Assembly: GCA_001724265.1 (NCBI GenBank)
Contig: MEDY01000239.1
Location: 1-53,149 of the forward strand
From: Rhizaria sp. SCN 62-66
Taxonomy: Eukaryota
Length of the DNA stretch: 53,149 nucleotides
Direction of reading: 5' to 3'
The notes beneath the pieces are model-generated. The model was not told where the DNA came from. It saw nothing but the letters and a program-made list of their open reading frames with translations, and did not search any database. Made by a program: the position numbers and the translations under genes. Positions 48,169 to 53,149 of the stretch are shown here, piece after piece (within the stretch, counting starts at the first letter, position 1; every line of letters begins with the position of its first letter).

Positions 48169-49482
48169 TCACTCCTCATCGAAGTACATACCCGCGTCGC
48201 CACCAGCAGCCCAGTCACCGCTGCCGCCCTCGTCGTCCTCCTGCTCCTCCTGCTGGCCCCGCAGCACCGCCGCCGCGACCTCGGCCTCGGACATCTCCAG
48301 CACGCGCGCCTGCGCGCGCCGCAGCTGCAACTCCCCATCCTCGCCGTCGACAGCAGGCTCAGCATACACGCCACCACCGCCGCTGCCGCGAGCCGAGTCA
48401 CCGGAACCCGCGCCCGCGTCGGGCAGAGACGCCTTGTGCGCAGCGCGCATGGCCGCAATGCGGGCCTTGGCTTCCTCGTCATCGCTGCCACTCTCACTGC
48501 CACTCAAGTAGGCCTCGTCCCCGTTCGCGTCGACATCGATGTGCCTCTTGTCTCTATCAGCGCCGGTGCCGCGGCTGTTGTCAATGTTCGCGTCGTCGTC
48601 GACCTCGTTCGTAACGCCGTCGTCGTAGTACATGTCGACATCTTCGTCGTCGTCGCCGCCATTCTGATCATTGGCGCTGATGCTTGCGAAGTGACTCCGC
48701 TTCACTGGGGCATCATTGTCATTCTCATCGCCGTCACCGTCGTCATCGTCGTCGCCCTCGTTCACGCCGCCGCCGCTGTCGCTGGCGTCATCACCGCGCA
48801 GCCGCTTGCGCCTGTTCTTCTTCTTCATCGCCCGCGCGGCCCGCGCCACGGCCTCCGCGCGCTCCTTCTCCTGCCGCACCCGCTCCAGCCGCTCGGCGAC
48901 GCTCTCCGCGGCCTTGCCGCCGCCCGCCGCGCCCTCGGCGAGCCGCCGCACGTGATGCGCAATGCGCGCGCGGACGTCGGTCACGGAGGCGCGGCGCACG
49001 TGCATGCTCACGCCCAGCGCTTTCTGGTGCTTGCGGCCGTTGATGTGCGCCAGGTAAGCCTGCGAGTCGGAGAGGATGACGTCGCAGACGGCGCAGTGGA
49101 AGCCCGCGCGCGTGCCCTTGGTCACCGCGAGGGTCTTGCCGACATTAGCGTAGAGGTCCAGGCGCGCGTCGCGAGCCGACAGCAGCCCGCGCGGGGCGGC
49201 ACTGGCGGCGCCGGCGGCATTGCCCGCAGCCGTGGCGGACTAGGCCTCTTGCTGTTGGGCGGCGGCGAGGTACTGGGAGGTGTCCCAGGTGCGGCGGCCG
49301 ATGTTGTCGACAAACTACAGTGTGGGATTAACCGAAAAAGTGAAATCAGGAAGTAAGAAAGAATGGATGAGACTGGCGTGCGCTGAGTAATACGTAAGAG
49401 ATGAGGAGTGAAGAGCTTGGAACAGGGGCATGTAAAGCGACTGATGACGAGGGACCGTAATTACCTTTTGTGGCTGAGCCAT
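48169..49482 (-). CDS. ZMAT2: Zinc finger matrin-type protein 2 (Snu23); exons 49482-49465 and 49314-48169; in-frame TAG at 49242-49240
   Basis: Spliced product MAQPQK/FVDNIGRRTWDTSQYL...QQQEA*SATA...RGLLSARDARLDLYANVGKTLAV...GFHCAVCDVILSDSQAYLAHINGRKHQKALGVSMHVRRASVTDV follows ZMAT2 (RRKWDxxEY; LLxxRDxxVDL; GYYCxVCD; HINGKKHQ). Stop TGA. Confidence 0.9.
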
Positions 49483-49949
49483 AGTGCCAGTAATGTATGG
49501 GGCTTAGAGAAGAACGGCCAATTCGTAAAAGCGCAAGCTAGGGATGCTTTGTGTGTCTCTGATGCGTGCTGGAGTGGGAAAGAGACGTTAAACTTTCTGG
49601 AGTGTGTGGTGGTCTAAGGATCAAGGCACAAATCAAGCAAGATCAAGAGCTGTGAGGGTAAAAGAAAAGTATAGTATACAATACACTATAGATCAGCAGG
49701 TTTAGACTACTCGCGTTTGATTGACGATTAGGCGGTTGCGATATTGAAGTTCGAATTTGGGGGACTGTGGGCAACTGAAGAGAGCGACGGGAGACTGCAA
49801 CGTGCGTGACGGACTGGCCACGTTCGGAACCCTTTCTGTCTGCCCTCTTGTGGCCATAACTTGTCACAAAAGCCACCTTTTGCGAGACCGCTCCTCGTAA
49901 ACCCAACAACTACAAATTTAAAACTCAACCCGAGTGCGTCTAAGCAACA

Positions 49950-51025
49950 ATGTCCAAGGTACGACCAACCCCCTTTCTTCCAGTCTTCATTCCCTTTTAT
50001 CACACTTTCCTCCTGCAGCACTCCTTCCGTTCCATGTTCAAGCACAATTTTTTACTGTTACACTTGTTCATTTGTTTTCATTCACTGCCGACCTACAGAT
50101 TGTCCAGCAGCGCCCCCGCAAGCACATGCCCGGCGCGGGCACCGTGCCCGCCGCGGCGGCCCCCACGCGCAACGCCTTCGGCGAGGCCCCGCCGTCCCGC
50201 GCCGCGGCCGCCGCCGCCGTGGTCGCGAGCGGCATCCCGCTCTCGGGCGCAGTCGCGGCGTCACTGCTGAGCCTGCCGCAGGCGACGCAGGACCTGATCT
50301 CGAAGGACTTCGCCGAGGTCGAGGCCGAGGCCTCTGTGGCCGCCGCCAAGGCCAAGGCCGCGGCCGTCGCGGAGAAGGCCGCCAAGCACAGTGGAACGTG
50401 GGGCGTGGTCAAGGTGACGAAGAAGGAGAAGAAGAAGCTTAAGCACGACCGCTTCATGGCGTACATCATGCCCGGCGACACGGCCAACGTGGTCAACGGC
50501 GTCCACATGCCCTCCAAGAAGGCCTCGGAGCTGTCCGTCGCTAAGAACAAGCTCGCCTTTACAGAGGCCTTCCACAACGCGCTGCCCTCGGCCGCGACGT
50601 TCGCTGAGGCCGCGGCCGCCGCCGAGGCTGCGCAGGCCGCCGCGCCGATGCTTCAGGGCAAGAGCGGCGGCGCGGCGGCCGCGCATGGCAAGAATGGGGG
50701 TGTCAACAGCGCCAACAACAAGCCCAAGACGGCGGCCGACGTGAGCATCCTGACCAACGCGACGCGCAAGCACGCGGCGCAGGACCGCGAGAAGTTCGGA
50801 CTTGTGCTCGCACACCCCGTGTTCCGCGCGAACCCGCTGGCGACGATCAAGGAGCACCTGCAGAACGAGATGGCGCTGGCGGCGCTGCAGCAGGAGAGCC
50901 TGCGCAAGCTCGCCGTGCCCGCGGCCCAGATACGCTCCGCAGGCGCCGTCGCCGACGCGGACGACGCGGGGAAGAAGAAGGTGTTTAAGCACCAGCTGGG
51001 CATGAACTCGTTCACCCGGAAGTGA
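49950..51025 (+). CDS. SLX9: SLX9/FAM207A-like ribosome biogenesis factor; exons 49950-49958 and 50099-51025
   Basis: MSK/IVQQRPRKH via phase-0 intron 49959-50098; KKEKKKLKHDRF and EKFGLVLAHPVFRANPLATIKEHLQN match the two conserved Slx9 blocks. Stop TGA. Confidence 0.8.
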
Positions 51026-51465
51026 GTGACCGAACTAGCGCACTGAAGTAGTTGTGTTGCGTACTTGTGACTAAAACGAAGCGGAGCAGACGTGTTCTGA
51101 ATATGGCCAGATGTGGTTTTATCAATACATTTTTAAGATTTAACATCACGACTTGTCGGCACATACACTAGTTTGGCGTTGTTTTTTGCTGTCATGACTC
51201 GAAACAACTCTCGTGTACGCTGTGATGTGCGCTGCTTGGCTGCCAACGGGTGGCTGGCCGAGGTTGTGATGTCGAATCGGGGCGTTGGGCATCACTTTCT
51301 GTTTTCAAAATAGCACACTCTGCGTCCGATAGTTGTGAATGTAGTTATTGGCCTACGTATTTATACACTGCGTTGATTCTATTTTCTTTTTTGAAATCCA
51401 CTCAAAGCTCATCTATGTCTCTATATGAACCTCTATTTTCTCCAACGGTCGGCTTCCGAACTCAG

Positions 51466-52632
51466 ATGAGCTTTTCTGCCTCGAGCAGCAAGGTACGCAT
51501 CCATTTCATTTTCACAGGAAAAAAACCCACTAATTTCACATATATTCGTGTGTTTTTCTTGTCAGTTGATTTATTTAACTACTATTTCAGTCATAAACCC
51601 GTTCAAGCAGACCACTTTCCCTAACCTCTCATCTCTCACGCAACCATCTTGCTCCTTTCCTTTTCATTCCCGCCATTTTAAACTTTTGTCCTGCGCACTG
51701 TCCTACCAACTTGACCGCAGGCGGTGTTTGCGCAGCGCCGGTCGACCGCGCGCCCGTCGGCGGGCGGCAAGCCCTCCGCGGCGTCTGAGGAGCAGCTGGA
51801 GGAGATGCGCGAGGCCTTCAAGCTCTTCGACACCGACGACTCGGGCAGCATCGACCTGCGCGAACTCAAGGCCGCGATGCGCGCGCTGGGCTTTGAGGTT
51901 AAGAAGGACGAGGCGCGCCAGATGCTCGCCGACGTCAACAAGGAGCCCACGGATCAGATCACCTACAACGACTTCGTCGCCATGATGACGCCCAAGATGG
52001 TACGTGGAAACATGTAAACACTCTCCAAACAAAGTGGAAAACAAACGGAAAGCAACACCACCGTCATATTCTGGACAATGTCTAGTATTTTAACTGATAA
52101 CCGCTTATTATTTCTCACACATGACATGTTTTGCTTTTTTTTTTGTTCTGCAGGGCGACCGCAACTCCAAGGAGGAGATCATGAAGGTGTTCCGCCTGTT
52201 CGACGAGGACAACACCGGCTTCATCACCTTCCGTGCGCTCAAGCGCATCTGCCAGGAGATTGGCGAGGGCCTGTACGTCTTTACACTTGCAACACACATA
52301 CTCATGTTCATTGCTTCTCCTTTGCCACAGCAATCGAAGTGTTATTACATCTCTTTCGTCGTCCGTGTTTGACTTATTTTATTGCGTTGCCATGCTTATC
52401 TTCTCGTCAATATTATATTTTTCCTTTCGTTTGTTTGCCCTTTGCTGCGATTTGCCCGCGCTCTGCTTCGTTGCGCGCTGCGCGGCGCAGGACGGACGAC
52501 GAGGTACAAGAACTCATCGTCGAGGCGGACCTCGACGGAGACGGCCAGATCTCTTTCAACGAATTCTACCGGGTCATGAAAAAGCGCGGCGACAACCCGC
52601 TCGACGACTGGGACTCCGACGATGACGCCTAA
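51466..52632 (+). CDS. CETN: Centrin/caltractin; exons 51466-51492, 51721-51999, 52154-52272, 52491-52632
   Basis: [76 protein letters not shown]. Three GTACG...CAG introns with matching phases. Stop TAA. Confidence 0.96.
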
Positions 52633-53149
52633 GCGATACGCTCAGAAGTGAGTGAGATAGGATGAGTGACGCCTTGAAGCGGTGGGTGATGCAAAAGATG
52701 TGAGCACTTCTTCATTAGTGGTGTTATAACGCATTCATATGGTGGTCGGGCGCTTAATTTAGATGTACTCGGAAATCATCACGTGTTGTTCTGCTTTGAT
52801 ACTGTGTGAAGATTCGGATACCGCGCGGATCCCCTCCTTTAGCGGTGGGGTACGCAAGGAGATGCTCAGAGATGCGTGAGTGGCGAGAATTGAACAATGG
52901 AGAATATCCGCAGAGAACGCAAAAGAACTAAAATACAACATGTAAATACTAATTAAAAAACCAAGACTCACCAGAAAATCAAGATTATATCTCATGTAGG
53001 ATTGAACTGAAAGTTATAATGCGTATGTGTAATGTGTATGTGTGCATTTGAATAATAACCCCTATGTAGCGTCAACTAAAAAACGCCAAAAACGCAGTTT
53101 TCGGCAGGTAACTTCCACAATAGAAATCTCTGTGAAATAATCGTCAAAG

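Noticed and set aside
16947-49242. TAGs as 3' ends of tiny or cryptic introns
   Set aside because: The introns modelled here are AT-rich, at least 134 nt, with GTACG-type donors and pyrimidine tracts. I saw no such frame-preserving donor near the TAGs. Not fully excluded without RNA-seq.
16947-49242. A-to-I editing (UAG to UGG), pyrrolysine or programmed read-through
   Set aside because: The sites are in Gln/Ser-rich linkers rather than conserved Trp or catalytic positions, share no 3' context (CTG, GCG, CAA, TCG, AGC, TCC), and TAG is absent at gene ends. Disfavoured, not disproved.
16947-49242. Random sequencing errors creating stops
   Set aside because: Errors should also create TAA, TGA or indels; none was seen in the roughly 40 kb of modelled coding sequence.
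1-53149. tRNA (including a CUA suppressor), rRNA or transposase genes
   Set aside because: None was recognisable by eye; a tRNAscan-SE or Infernal run is needed to exclude them.

Overview
Gene-dense nuclear DNA from a microbial eukaryote, with GC-rich exons carrying large Ala/Ser/Gln/Asn low-complexity insertions and AT-rich GT-AG introns of 134-328 nt. I can model 14 protein-coding genes: ATG4 (5'-truncated), RPS5, a Frag1/DRAM/Sfk1-like membrane protein, a probable mitochondrial protein, HDDC2, TTI1, a hypothetical membrane protein, a 1952-aa unknown, a HELQ-type helicase, a WW/HEXXH metallopeptidase-like protein, ARS2/SERRATE, ZMAT2/Snu23, SLX9/FAM207A and centrin. The main result is evidence for a non-standard nuclear genetic code in which UAG alone is a sense codon, most plausibly Gln. 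Six in-frame TAG codons interrupt three conserved genes (TTI1 x2, HELQ x3, ZMAT2 x1) with the frame preserved across each one. I found no in-frame TAA or TGA in the models, and all 14 genes end in TAA (8) or TGA (6). A second unexplained signal is a short hairpin-like motif, TCTAAG-GGGGTA-CTTAG/C, dispersed through unrelated exons on both strands and in different frames. Gene identities come from recalled family motifs; no database search was run.
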